Position numbers and translations under genes: made by a program
Shown here: piece after piece, positions 1 through 9,188 of the stretch
How the letters are laid out: each line of letters opens with the position of its first letter
How positions within the stretch are numbered: the first letter of the stretch is position 1
Notes under the pieces: generated by a model
Seen by the model: the letters and a program-made list of their open reading frames with translations, nothing else
Told to the model about the DNA's origin: nothing
Database searches by the model: none
From: Candidatus Zhuqueibacterota bacterium
Lineage (GTDB): Bacteria; Zhuqueibacterota; Zhuqueibacteria; Thermofontimicrobiales; Thermofontimicrobiaceae
DNA length: 64,000 bases
Assembly (NCBI GenBank): GCA_034505795.1
Contig: JAPDQM010000007.1
Span: 1,590 to 65,589 of the forward strand
Direction of reading: 5' to 3'

Positions 1-644
1 ACCCGGAATGAGCCAATTTGCCTGGCGGGGATATCGAAGTGCTTTAGAATTCTTTGTTCGGATTTGTATTGTACAGAACAATCAAAGCATATCCCAATGC
101 AATTTGAAGCTCCTTCTTTTTTGTTTTTTTCTTTGGGCGCTAATATGAGTAAGTCTTGATTCTTCTGCCACCTTATTTCCCAGGCCTCAGGATTGAAATT
201 GTCATCAAATAATGGCGTGAATTCATAAGAATGCAATTCTGAGGCCGCATATTCAAGAATCAGACAATTAATGTCTTCAAGAAAGTAAAGATGCTCGACA
301 ACATCTTTCAGAAAGGTGCGCAAGAGATGATCGGGGTAAATTTTGATTTGTGAAGCCGCTTTTTTTTCAATATGTTGGCCATCAATGACCATTGAGTAGT
401 CTGCGAGATATTTTCGAGACATGACATAAAAACCTTGATGCCCATCCTGAAGAGTGCTACCAGCAAATCCATAGAAGAATGCTGATTGTTTATTGGTAAA
501 TATAAACGGTCTACCTGGCTGCGATGCAACTTCGATGGCGAGTGGTTCGAAGTCGGTCGTTTCGATTGGCATTTTGGTGGCCTTTTGCTTTCCACAATTC
601 AGGAATATTACCAATATTAATAGAATCATGTTGATTCTTTTCAT
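1..644 (-). CDS. hypothetical lipoprotein (partial; runs off the window's left edge, minus strand)
   Basis: Manual reverse-complement translation gives an open frame from an ATG at 644..642 to position 1 with no stop. N-terminus MKRINMILLILVIFLNCGK has a lipobox-like LNCG. No recognisable family. The listed 308..595 ORF is in a different frame and is considered spurious. Confidence 0.45.
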   Translation of the reverse strand, partial: MKRINMILLILVIFLNCGKQKATKMPIETTDFEPLAIEVASQPGRPFIFTNKQSAFFYGFAGSTLQDGHQGFYVMSRKYLADYSMVIDGQHIEKKAASQIKIYPDHLLRTFLKDVVEHLYFLEDINCLILEYAASELHSYEFTPLFDDNFNPEAWEIRWQKNQDLLILAPKEKNKKEGASNCIGICFDCSVQYKSEQRILKHFDIPARQIGSFR

Positions 645-694
645 TGATCTGTTACCCTTCTTAGTTAAAGCATATAGATAGAAGCAGCCGCAAT

Positions 695-1855
695 CTATTT
701 TGAATGATTCAATTTTGCCACCATATCGCGGTGCACCAAGACGCTAAGTATTTTTATCTTAACATAATCATCCCGCAACATGAAATAGCCTTTAAATTGG
801 CCTTTCCAGGCGCTGCCACCGGAGTCTTTGACAAGAAACCAGGTATGATTGCCCATTTTTTGATATCCAACGAGATGCATGGCATGATCATCGGTGGTCG
901 TGTTATTATGAATTCGGAATTCCCGCGCGTTCTGACCAATTGCTGTTGGTGGCAGATCAAAATATGGGATAACGGCGACATCATATTCGCCGTTTCGGCC
1001 AATCTCAGATGTATCGCCAGCAATTGCCAGCGTGTAACCTTGTTTTAGCGCATCCACTATTGTGTTGTAAAACACTTCCAAGGGGACATTCAGATAATCC
1101 TCGCTGTGCCACCAATTATCAGGTGATTTCAATTCGGCTTTTTGATAAAAGGGCGCATACATCACCGACATCAGCGGCACATAATCATCAGGATTCAATT
1201 GCAGATAGTCCTGCATCAATTGATTTGGGGTAATTTCCTTTCCATCTAACGCAATGGTTTTTGGTGGTTCTCCCAAATATTTATTCAAAATGATCTTTGT
1301 GGTAGCGATTACTTGCTCTTCGTCCCAGATCTTATTTTTCGCAATGTAATCCAGATAACTCATTATCTCGCGGAACATTAGCGCGTGATTATGTCGAGTT
1401 CGCCCGTTAATTAGGCCGGAATAATCGGTGGCTCTCACCAATCCATACTGTCGCATTCGCTCTAATACTGCGTTCTGCTCCGAACCTTCGCCAAGGAAGG
1501 AATCGCCATGTTCGCGGACAAACCGCCGGACCTTTTCGACATACTCCCAATAGACAATATACATTTCGGATAATTTGACGGCAGTTCTGCCTTTGCGGAC
1601 CAACTCCGACTCTAAAAATGAGATAGTTGAAAAGCACCAGCAGGTGCCAGTAGTATCCTGGGTTATGGGTGGCAAATGATAGAGCGCATGAAATCCATCC
1701 AGGGTCGCCGGTCGCTGAAGCTTGGAAAAATCCATGGTCAGCACTTTTTGTGTCCGGCCATAGCGATCTTTGGTTTCATAGCGCAGTTCGTCTTGCGCAA
1801 TCAGAAATGGCGCGAGCAATAGAATGAAAACAGAACCATAAAATATCTTTCTCAT
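695..1855 (-). CDS. C1B-family papain-like cysteine aminopeptidase (aminopeptidase C / bleomycin hydrolase-like), secreted
   Basis: Signal peptide MRKIFYGSVFILLLAPFLIAQ. Catalytic Cys context TQDTTGTCWCFSTISF (Q...CW papain motif). His context DHAMHLVGY typical of PepC/bleomycin hydrolase. Confidence 0.7.
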   Translation of the reverse strand: MRKIFYGSVFILLLAPFLIAQDELRYETKDRYGRTQKVLTMDFSKLQRPATLDGFHALYHLPPITQDTTGTCWCFSTISFLESELVRKGRTAVKLSEMYIVYWEYVEKVRRFVREHGDSFLGEGSEQNAVLERMRQYGLVRATDYSGLINGRTRHNHALMFREIMSYLDYIAKNKIWDEEQVIATTKIILNKYLGEPPKTIALDGKEITPNQLMQDYLQLNPDDYVPLMSVMYAPFYQKAELKSPDNWWHSEDYLNVPLEVFYNTIVDALKQGYTLAIAGDTSEIGRNGEYDVAVIPYFDLPPTAIGQNAREFRIHNNTTTDDHAMHLVGYQKMGNHTWFLVKDSGGSAWKGQFKGYFMLRDDYVKIKILSVLVHRDMVAKLNHSK

Positions 1856-1864
1856 CAGAGCTCC

Positions 1865-3196
1865 TTATCGAAAATAATATGGGTATCGGCGCTGTATCTT
1901 TTTTTGTTGCATATAATTTCTTGCCAGGTCCAAAAATATTTCGATATCGCGATCGAGATCAAAGGAGGTGCCATCAAAATAAAACAGGCGAATTGGAAAA
2001 TTGGCACATGCCTTACTCACCTGGGGGTAAACCGTTTCACAAACAATGCCATTCATGCAGGTGAATGGGCTGATGTCAATAACGCCATCTGCGCCATGGT
2101 GGTACAAATAAATCGCCTTGCCAACATTCAACACCATCTCACCCAATGCGCCATTTTGAGGAAGGTATGGGCTACTATAAGCTAAGACCTGTCTGATATC
2201 ATGCGGCTCTTCATATCCCTCAAACTCGGCTCGGAGTGGCTGTAATAAATAGTGTTCATCATGGCGCTGGATGGCAAATTTTATTTTTGCTGCCAACATG
2301 TCGCTTGAGTAACGTTTTCCGGCCCGAATCAATCGCCACCTCTGCTCATCGTTGGTGTACCAGAGCCATTCGGCAATATCGGAAATCCATATTTCGCCGC
2401 CCAATGCTTCGATTTTATTAATGAGGTAATTGTGGCTAAATTCATTTAGCCGACAAAATATCTCTCCAACCACGCCGATAAGGGGCTTATCTTTCGTAAA
2501 GCGTGCGGATAGCGAGTGATATCGCTTATTGGCACGTACTAAGCCTTGCCGCAGTTGCCGCAAGCAATGCCGGGGCCGAAGACCCTGGGTGGCTAAAATT
2601 GAGCTGAGTTCATCGAGACTTTGATGAAAGAGTTCATCAGCTAAATTTCTATTTACTACATAAGGTCGAATTTTTAAATGAAGCTTTCGCAGACAATCGC
2701 TGGCCAATAATGCGTGCCATGAGGTGCGGATGAGGGCTCGAGCGGCCTCACCAAAACCCTCATAACCATTAGCGCTGGTTGGTGAAATGACCAGCGCCTG
2801 CTCGTAACCCCGTTCACGCAGGATCTTTTTGAGCACGGCCTGATATTGGCCGAAACGGCAGGGCCCGCCGGAGGTCGGTAACAAAAAAGCAGTTCTGGCA
2901 GGATCGAATCCCGGGTCGTCGATAACTTTCAAAAAATCGCCCAGCGTGACGCGTTCAGGCAGGCATTCATCGCCATTCAGATATTTCGCGCTCAGTTCTA
3001 GCGTGCTCGAATCCGAAGCTGGCGATGGTTGAGCATGAATACCGGCCGCTTGAAATACAGCCGACATCAGCTTAGCTCCACTGTAGCTCATGCGCGGAAT
3101 ATAAAGCAATCTACCGACTATGGAAGCGCTCTTCTGTGATTGGGTTGACATCGAATCCGTTTCATGTTGTGGCCAAAGCTTCAGCATGGTCATCAA
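1865..3196 (-). CDS. hypothetical protein, possibly CoA-enzyme-activase-associated / 2-hydroxyacyl-CoA dehydratase-like (DUF2229/HgdB-like)
   Basis: 443 aa with several conserved-looking Cys (GGPCRFGQY, FCRLNEF, FTCMNGIVCE) and a VVGEIF.R motif reminiscent of the DUF2229 C-terminal region. Assignment is from memory of the family only. Confidence 0.35.
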   Translation of the reverse strand: MMTMLKLWPQHETDSMSTQSQKSASIVGRLLYIPRMSYSGAKLMSAVFQAAGIHAQPSPASDSSTLELSAKYLNGDECLPERVTLGDFLKVIDDPGFDPARTAFLLPTSGGPCRFGQYQAVLKKILRERGYEQALVISPTSANGYEGFGEAARALIRTSWHALLASDCLRKLHLKIRPYVVNRNLADELFHQSLDELSSILATQGLRPRHCLRQLRQGLVRANKRYHSLSARFTKDKPLIGVVGEIFCRLNEFSHNYLINKIEALGGEIWISDIAEWLWYTNDEQRWRLIRAGKRYSSDMLAAKIKFAIQRHDEHYLLQPLRAEFEGYEEPHDIRQVLAYSSPYLPQNGALGEMVLNVGKAIYLYHHGADGVIDISPFTCMNGIVCETVYPQVSKACANFPIRLFYFDGTSFDLDRDIEIFLDLARNYMQQKKIQRRYPYYFR

Positions 3197-3332
3197 TGCA
3201 GGATTTCAAAATCCTCTGCTGCAATACCTGCGGGCCATGTCTGGTGATGATATTTGCCGCCTTGTCGACGGTCATAAAAACAGACTAACCGATCAAATGG
3301 AAATAGGAGGGCGGATAAGCTGCCATCCTGTT

Positions 3333-5165
3333 TCAAAACGATCGATTGGTTAGCCAGGTTCGTCGAATGAATTGCTGAAAATCGCTTTTGGGTGTGGAAC
3401 TGCTGAGATAGTACCGCTGACTGGCTCGCCCTTTGACTCTGGCCGAAAGCATCAAAAATAATTTATCGCGCTGCACTGAAAAATCGATATAACTGCTAAC
3501 GCCAAGCGTATCGATAATTTGTTCCAAATCACGTGATGAATTTAGCTTGTGATTGGCCAGCGACAGTAACCTATCCCCAACCCTAAGGCCAGCGAAAGCT
3601 AACGGCCCTTTTTCGCTCAAATCCAGAACCTCATTGGTTTCATCGGAGATAACGATATACCCCAAATCAGCTATAGTGTCCGACTGCGAACGAAAGAAAA
3701 TGCCAGCGCTCTGAAATATTGTTTCGATCGGGGGGGGCAGCACACCATCGATGTATTTATCAAAAAATTCCGATACGTCAACGCCGCTCACCGCTTTGAT
3801 GGCTCGTGGCAAGTCCGAGTCTTGATATTCACCGTTATTAAGACCGAACCAATTGTTCATGAACAAAATTACATCATCCAAGGAGCGCTGATTCTTCGAA
3901 AGTTCGCGGATTTGCAAATCAAGCAGCACCCCCACTAAGTGACCTTTAAGCCGAATGAACTGATGCACCCGAGGATCGTTACCGAAAATTAGCGGAAGCT
4001 GGCTTAATGGCGTATTCGAGTATTCGGCATACTGGTTTAAATGATTCATCAAGCGGACGTACTCCTGAATGAACTCATCAGCGGAGATCAAATTCGCTCG
4101 GACCAAATTCAGATGCCCATAGTAATCGCTAACGCCGCTAACAAACCAGTGCCGCTCTATAAGGTCTCTGTTATATGCCTCAGTATTTCCGAAGATTGGA
4201 TAAAAGCGAAAGCCATTCCAGGTTTGAAAAAAATTGCTGGCGACCAGCCGAACGATTTTCAATAAATCATCTCTGGCAGTTTGAACCGGCGCATACACAA
4301 TGCTGCAATTCTCATAGGCTTTGGAAACCAACCGGACGTTGTCGGGATACATTCGAAAGATAAACAAATAAGTGTCAAAAGGAACATCTTTAAAGAGCTG
4401 AAGTTGGTTGGTCATCACCTTATGAGTCAGCACGGACAAAGAGTCGTAATTGAATTTTTTATCACCATCCAATATGATATAGCAAGTACGATTTTGAATA
4501 GTAAAGAAAATATCGGCAAAGGGAGCAATATATAAAGGCCGATTGAGTAGTTGCCGATAGTTATCGGCACGATAAACAAACTGTTGATCGGTCAATGAAA
4601 GCCCGGTAGCCAATTTCCACCGATGTGGAACGCGAACCGATAACACAATTGGCATCTGGTCATATTCACGAACGCACATAAATACAGAAGCACCGTCCAC
4701 CCTGGCAAAGCGTCGACTGAGGCATTCCCCAAGCGCTCGATCTTTCTGGATTTTGATCTTGTAAGAAATAATCACGATGTTACTTTTTTTGGTATTAATC
4801 GACCAGGTATTGGCAGCGGTTTGAGTAATGGCCAGGGTATCGCCATAATCACCAATTGCGCTGATTCTGGTGATGCCGGTCTTAGTAGCGGACTTCTTGC
4901 TTAGCGGATTTAGTTCGGGAATAAAGGCGTAGAGGGATTTTTGCCGATTATTATCAATACTAATGGTGACATTGAAACCATCCCAATTATCTTCATCTAT
5001 TTCTAAATAATACGACAGTTTCTCCTGAGCAGAGACCGGCCTCGCAGCAATTAAGCAGCAAGCGAATGATAGTAGATTGTATGAGAGAAGCCCTGTTGCT
5101 GCTGACCTCAAAAATTTCGATAATTTGCTCAATCCTACCTCCGCCGTCAAAGACTCAACCGACAA
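3333..5165 (-). CDS. M61 (glycyl aminopeptidase)-like protein with C-terminal PDZ domain; zinc ligands degenerate (probable pseudo-peptidase)
   Basis: The segment ..VASNFFQTWNGFRF...HWFVSGVSDYYGHLNLVRANLIS aligns to the M61 signature HEFFHxWN....WFSEGFTSYYGxLLLVRAGLIS. HEXXH is replaced by SNFFQ and the third-ligand Glu by Ser. C-terminal PDZ-like GLRVGDRLLSLANHKL. N-terminal hydrophobic signal/anchor. Confidence 0.6.
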   Translation of the reverse strand: MSVESLTAEVGLSKLSKFLRSAATGLLSYNLLSFACCLIAARPVSAQEKLSYYLEIDEDNWDGFNVTISIDNNRQKSLYAFIPELNPLSKKSATKTGITRISAIGDYGDTLAITQTAANTWSINTKKSNIVIISYKIKIQKDRALGECLSRRFARVDGASVFMCVREYDQMPIVLSVRVPHRWKLATGLSLTDQQFVYRADNYRQLLNRPLYIAPFADIFFTIQNRTCYIILDGDKKFNYDSLSVLTHKVMTNQLQLFKDVPFDTYLFIFRMYPDNVRLVSKAYENCSIVYAPVQTARDDLLKIVRLVASNFFQTWNGFRFYPIFGNTEAYNRDLIERHWFVSGVSDYYGHLNLVRANLISADEFIQEYVRLMNHLNQYAEYSNTPLSQLPLIFGNDPRVHQFIRLKGHLVGVLLDLQIRELSKNQRSLDDVILFMNNWFGLNNGEYQDSDLPRAIKAVSGVDVSEFFDKYIDGVLPPPIETIFQSAGIFFRSQSDTIADLGYIVISDETNEVLDLSEKGPLAFAGLRVGDRLLSLANHKLNSSRDLEQIIDTLGVSSYIDFSVQRDKLFLMLSARVKGRASQRYYLSSSTPKSDFQQFIRRTWLTNRSF

Positions 5166-5360
5166 TTGCGCTTACTCGAATAAATCAAAATTGTTCCCCA
5201 AAACGACTAACGATTGAGGCTGGCGGCCGGCCATTGTGAAAGGGGCAGCCGCTGCCTTTCCCAAATTCAAGAAAATGCCACGGTGATTTTTAATAACAGG
5301 AAGCATTGGTTTCACCAGAAATGCCCACCATGGCATCGTTCAATTGTTGATAATAATAGA

Positions 5361-6608
5361 CTACATGCCATACATGGCAATAATCTCTTCCTTGGTTTTG
5401 CCCAAGATATTATATTTTTTGCCCACTTTTATAAACGCGTCGAGGGCTTTATCCAGGTGATGTTGCTCATGGCCGGCAGAAATTTGCGTTCGGATTCTTG
5501 CCTGGCCTTTGGGCACTACCGGAAAGAAAAAGCCAATGGCATAAATTCCTTCGGCATACAAATCGCGTGAAAAATCCTGCGATAGCTTGGCATTGAACAA
5601 CATGACGGGCACGATTGGGGTATCTCCTTCTTTAAGGATAAAACCAGCCTCGGATAGCCCTTTCCGCCAATAAGCCGCATTTCGTTCCAGCTTATCCCGT
5701 CGTTCCGTGGTTTGCGACAGGATTTCTAAAACTTTCAAAATACCGGATACGATAACCGGCGCCACGGTATTTGAGAACAGATAGGGTCTGGCCCGTTGAC
5801 GGCAAAGTTCAACAATTTCGCGACGTCCGGAAACGCAGCCGCCAGATGCTCCGCCCAATGCTTTGCCGAAGGTTGTCGTAATAATGTCGATCTTGCCAAC
5901 GACGCCATATTTCTCGTGAGTGCCGCGTCCGGTCTTGCCGATAAAACCGGTGGCATGGGAATCGTCGACAAACACCATGGCATCATATTTTTCGGCTAAC
6001 GCCACCATTTCATCGAGCCGAGCGGTGTCTCCATCCATCGAAAAGACGCCATCGGTGATAATTACTTTTAGCCGTTTATCGGCATGGAATTGCAATTTCT
6101 CTTCCAGATGCTCCATATTTGAATGTTTAAATGTATCGTGCTGGGCCTTGCAGAGACGAATGCCGTCAATAATGGACGCATGGACCAGCCGATCTGATAT
6201 CATCACATCCTGTTCATTCAAAATTGCTTCAAATACCCCGGCATTGGCATCCATGCAGGAGGGAAAAAGAACCGTATCTTCGGTGCCCAGAAACTCTGTC
6301 ATTTTCTGTTCCAACTGATGATGGATGTCCTGCGTGCCGCAAATAAAACGAACCGAAGACATGCCGTAGCCTCTGTAATCCAGCCCTTGATGAGCAGCCC
6401 GAATCACTTCTGGATGGCTGGACAGGCCGAGGTAGTTATTTGAACACATATTGATCACTTTTTTCAAATTTGAACCGGCAGGATATTCCACCTCGATGTC
6501 CGCTGCTTGCGGGGCATGAATGAATCGCTCCTCTTTGAAAATCCCCTGATCACGAATAGCCTGCAAGTCCTGCTGGTAAAGTGCACGAATTTGATTACTA
6601 AATGCCAT
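5361..6608 (-). CDS. alpha-oxoamine synthase (serine palmitoyltransferase / cysteate-acyltransferase / Kbl-like PLP enzyme)
   Basis: PLP-lysine motif TTFGKALGGASGG and DDSHATGF, typical of AOS family class II aminotransferases. Start moved to internal ATG 6608 (MAFSNQIRAL), preceded by GGGGAG SD. Sits in an operon with ACP, acyl-AMP ligase and AcpS. Confidence 0.8.
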   Translation of the reverse strand: MAFSNQIRALYQQDLQAIRDQGIFKEERFIHAPQAADIEVEYPAGSNLKKVINMCSNNYLGLSSHPEVIRAAHQGLDYRGYGMSSVRFICGTQDIHHQLEQKMTEFLGTEDTVLFPSCMDANAGVFEAILNEQDVMISDRLVHASIIDGIRLCKAQHDTFKHSNMEHLEEKLQFHADKRLKVIITDGVFSMDGDTARLDEMVALAEKYDAMVFVDDSHATGFIGKTGRGTHEKYGVVGKIDIITTTFGKALGGASGGCVSGRREIVELCRQRARPYLFSNTVAPVIVSGILKVLEILSQTTERRDKLERNAAYWRKGLSEAGFILKEGDTPIVPVMLFNAKLSQDFSRDLYAEGIYAIGFFFPVVPKGQARIRTQISAGHEQHHLDKALDAFIKVGKKYNILGKTKEEIIAMYGM

Positions 6609-6720
6609 AATCGCTTCTCCCCTATTGTCAGTCAGAATTGAACGGAACACATTTTGGAGGCCCTGCCGTTGCGAATCGGCCACCAATTTGGGTTTAAGGG
6701 CTTATTTATTTCTGAGCGAC

Positions 6721-6969
6721 CTAAATAAACTGCCGCACCAATTCACAAATCTTATTTACGGTATCGAATGCTTCTGGAGTCGCTTTTTCATCGGGGATGG
6801 AAATCTTGTATTTATTTTCCAGAAAACGCTTCAATGAAACCATGGAGAACGAATCTACAATTCCGCCAGAAATTAGCGGCGTATTTACGGTTATCTCTTG
6901 ATCTTCATCTTCGAGATACTCTTTTTTCACATAATCGAGCACGATTTTTTGCATTTCATCCATAATCAA
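6721..6969 (-). CDS. acyl carrier protein (dedicated, stand-alone)
   Basis: 82 aa acidic protein with phosphopantetheine-site-like GGIVDSFSMVSL. Strong SD AAGGAGATT before the ATG. Confidence 0.7.
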   Translation of the reverse strand: MIMDEMQKIVLDYVKKEYLEDEDQEITVNTPLISGGIVDSFSMVSLKRFLENKYKISIPDEKATPEAFDTVNKICELVRQFI

Positions 6970-7061
6970 TCTCCTTGAAATTTGCTGTTCAAAATCAACT
7001 ATCGTTGCTAATCGCTAATGAAAGTTTAGGCAAAGTTCGAACTTCGTCCTCCAGCTAAGCA

Positions 7062-8765
7062 TCACTCATTTTCCAGGGTTGAAGTATCACCGATTTCTTC
7101 CCCCCATTCTTTGGCACGCAGGAGGCGACGCATGATTTTGCCACTTCGGGTTTTAGGCAACGAATCTACGAATTCAATCTCCTGGGGCATGGCCAGTGGG
7201 GAAAGTTTTTTTCGAATAAAATTCATGATGTTCAACTCCAGTTCAGCATCGGCATTGTAACCCGGTTTGACCGCTACAAATGCTTTTACGACTTCCATAT
7301 TGATCGGATCTGGCTTGCTAACAACCGCGGACTCGGCCACAGCTTCATGCTCTAACAATGCTGATTCAACCTCAAATGGGCTAACGAGGTGACCGCCGGT
7401 GTTAATGACGTCGTCGTCGCGGCCGACAAACCAAAAATAGCCGTCATTATCAATGGTCGCCCGGTCACCAGAGATGTACCACCCATTGATAAATTTTTTC
7501 TGAAAAGTAGCCTCATTTTTCCAGTAGGTTCGAATCATTGCGGGCCAGCCAGGTTTGAATGCAATCAAACCAATAGTACCGTTTCGGGATAGCGGCTCGT
7601 GCGTTTTTGGATCCAATACCGTCCCTGTTATGCCGGGGAATGGTTTGCCCATGGATCCGGGCTTTATTTTCATTCCAGGATAGTTGCTGATCATGATCGA
7701 GCCAGTTTCGGTCTGCCAATAGGTATCATGGAATGGCAAACCAAATACTTTTTCCGACCAGATAACTGCCTCGGCATTTAACGGCTCGCCCACACTGGCC
7801 AGATGACGCAAGGAACTGAGATCGTATTTTTTTACAATTTCATTACCCGCTTTCATCAGGGAGCGAATGGCGGTGGGGGCAGAGTACCAAACGGTGATGC
7901 GATATTTTTCGATAAATTTATACCAGGCATCAGCGGAAAAACCCGCATCCAGAACGCATTGGGTAATGCCCAGACTCCAGGGGCCGATAATCCCATACGA
8001 GGTGCCTGTTACCCATCCTGGATCGGCGGTACACCAGTAAATATCGTCGTCATGCAAATCCAGCACCCATTTGGTCGTCAAATATTGAGAGATTAATGAG
8101 TAATGTACATGTTGAACGCCTTTGGGCATACCAGTAGTTCCAGAAGTATAATGCAGAACCGACGGCGTCTCTGCCGTTGATGGAAAAATTTCAAGATCTT
8201 CAACAGGTGGAATGCTTTCCAATAGAAAGGCAACTTCTCGCTCTGGGAGTGGCTTGGGATCATCATAGTCAATGATGATAATATGCTTCAACGCGGGCAA
8301 TTTATCTTTAATTTTGCGCACCTTGGCAACATGTTTTTTTTGAGTGATAATGGCCGTGGTAGCAGCATTTTCGAGCCGTACAAACAACGACTCATCGCCA
8401 AAGGCAGAAAACAACGGCTGAGCAATGGCACCAATCTTCAAAATTCCAAGAAAGCCGATGTACAGCTCTGGCACACGATCCAGAAATAGGCACACGCGAT
8501 CACCATTTTTAATGCCTAAGTTTTTGAGGAAAGCGCCAATAGTATTGCTGGCCAGTCGGATTTCATTAAACGTATACTGCTTTTGCTTGCCGCTTGATCC
8601 CTCCCACAGCAACGCAATTTTATTTGCGCGACCCAGTTGACAGTTACGGTCAGCGCAATACCAGCCAATATTGATGGTAGCACCGGGTTTGTAGCCAAGT
8701 TCCTTCTCTGAAATCGACCAATCAAAATTCTTTACACGTTCTTCGTAAGATCCGATGTGTGACAT
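7062..8765 (-). CDS. AMP-dependent acyl-CoA/acyl-ACP synthetase (ACS/ACSM-like adenylate-forming ligase)
   Basis: AMP-binding motif HYTSGTTGMPKGV, YWQTETG, and C-terminal SGKIMRR lysine motif. SD AGGAGAG before the start. Confidence 0.8.
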   Translation of the reverse strand: MSHIGSYEERVKNFDWSISEKELGYKPGATINIGWYCADRNCQLGRANKIALLWEGSSGKQKQYTFNEIRLASNTIGAFLKNLGIKNGDRVCLFLDRVPELYIGFLGILKIGAIAQPLFSAFGDESLFVRLENAATTAIITQKKHVAKVRKIKDKLPALKHIIIIDYDDPKPLPEREVAFLLESIPPVEDLEIFPSTAETPSVLHYTSGTTGMPKGVQHVHYSLISQYLTTKWVLDLHDDDIYWCTADPGWVTGTSYGIIGPWSLGITQCVLDAGFSADAWYKFIEKYRITVWYSAPTAIRSLMKAGNEIVKKYDLSSLRHLASVGEPLNAEAVIWSEKVFGLPFHDTYWQTETGSIMISNYPGMKIKPGSMGKPFPGITGTVLDPKTHEPLSRNGTIGLIAFKPGWPAMIRTYWKNEATFQKKFINGWYISGDRATIDNDGYFWFVGRDDDVINTGGHLVSPFEVESALLEHEAVAESAVVSKPDPINMEVVKAFVAVKPGYNADAELELNIMNFIRKKLSPLAMPQEIEFVDSLPKTRSGKIMRRLLRAKEWGEEIGDTSTLENE

Positions 8766-9151
8766 AGACTCTCCTGCTCTAAAATGATAATAGCAACCGC
8801 CATTTGATTAAGATGCGAAACTGAGACATGTATTTTTGACACATGCAAAGCGTCAATTATTTTTTGAGCTTGCCCCGAAACGACAATGCTTGGCTTCCCC
8901 AATTCGTCATTTGTCATTGCGACGTCCCGCCATGATAATCCTTTTCGCCAGCCGGTGCCAATCGCTTTAAAAAAGGCTTCTTTGGCGGCAAAGCGAACAG
9001 CATAATTTTGCGCTTTGTTCTTTAGCTTGCTCTCACAATAGCTCACCTCGCTATCGCTGAAGACTCTGCGAATAAAACTTTCAGCGCCGGAACCCAGTTG
9101 CTTTTCAATTCGCGGGACCTCAATGATATCAATGCCGATACCCACTATCAA
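8732..9151 (-). CDS. acpS: holo-[acyl-carrier-protein] synthase (4'-phosphopantetheinyl transferase)
   Basis: MIVGIGIDIIEVPRIEK...FAAKEAFFKAIGTG is a classic AcpS signature. Its 3' end overlaps the ligase start by 34 nt (translational coupling). Confidence 0.8.
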   Translation of the reverse strand: MIVGIGIDIIEVPRIEKQLGSGAESFIRRVFSDSEVSYCESKLKNKAQNYAVRFAAKEAFFKAIGTGWRKGLSWRDVAMTNDELGKPSIVVSGQAQKIIDALHVSKIHVSVSHLNQMAVAIIILEQESLCHTSDLTKNV

Positions 9152-9188
9152 TTCAACAATTCCTTTCCCTCGAAAGTTTTCTCCGAGC

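Noticed and set aside
308-595. 95-aa minus-strand ORF, and the 493..681 plus ORF
   Set aside because: A different minus-strand frame is open from 644 to the window edge with a lipoprotein signal peptide, so these are overlapping out-of-frame artefacts.
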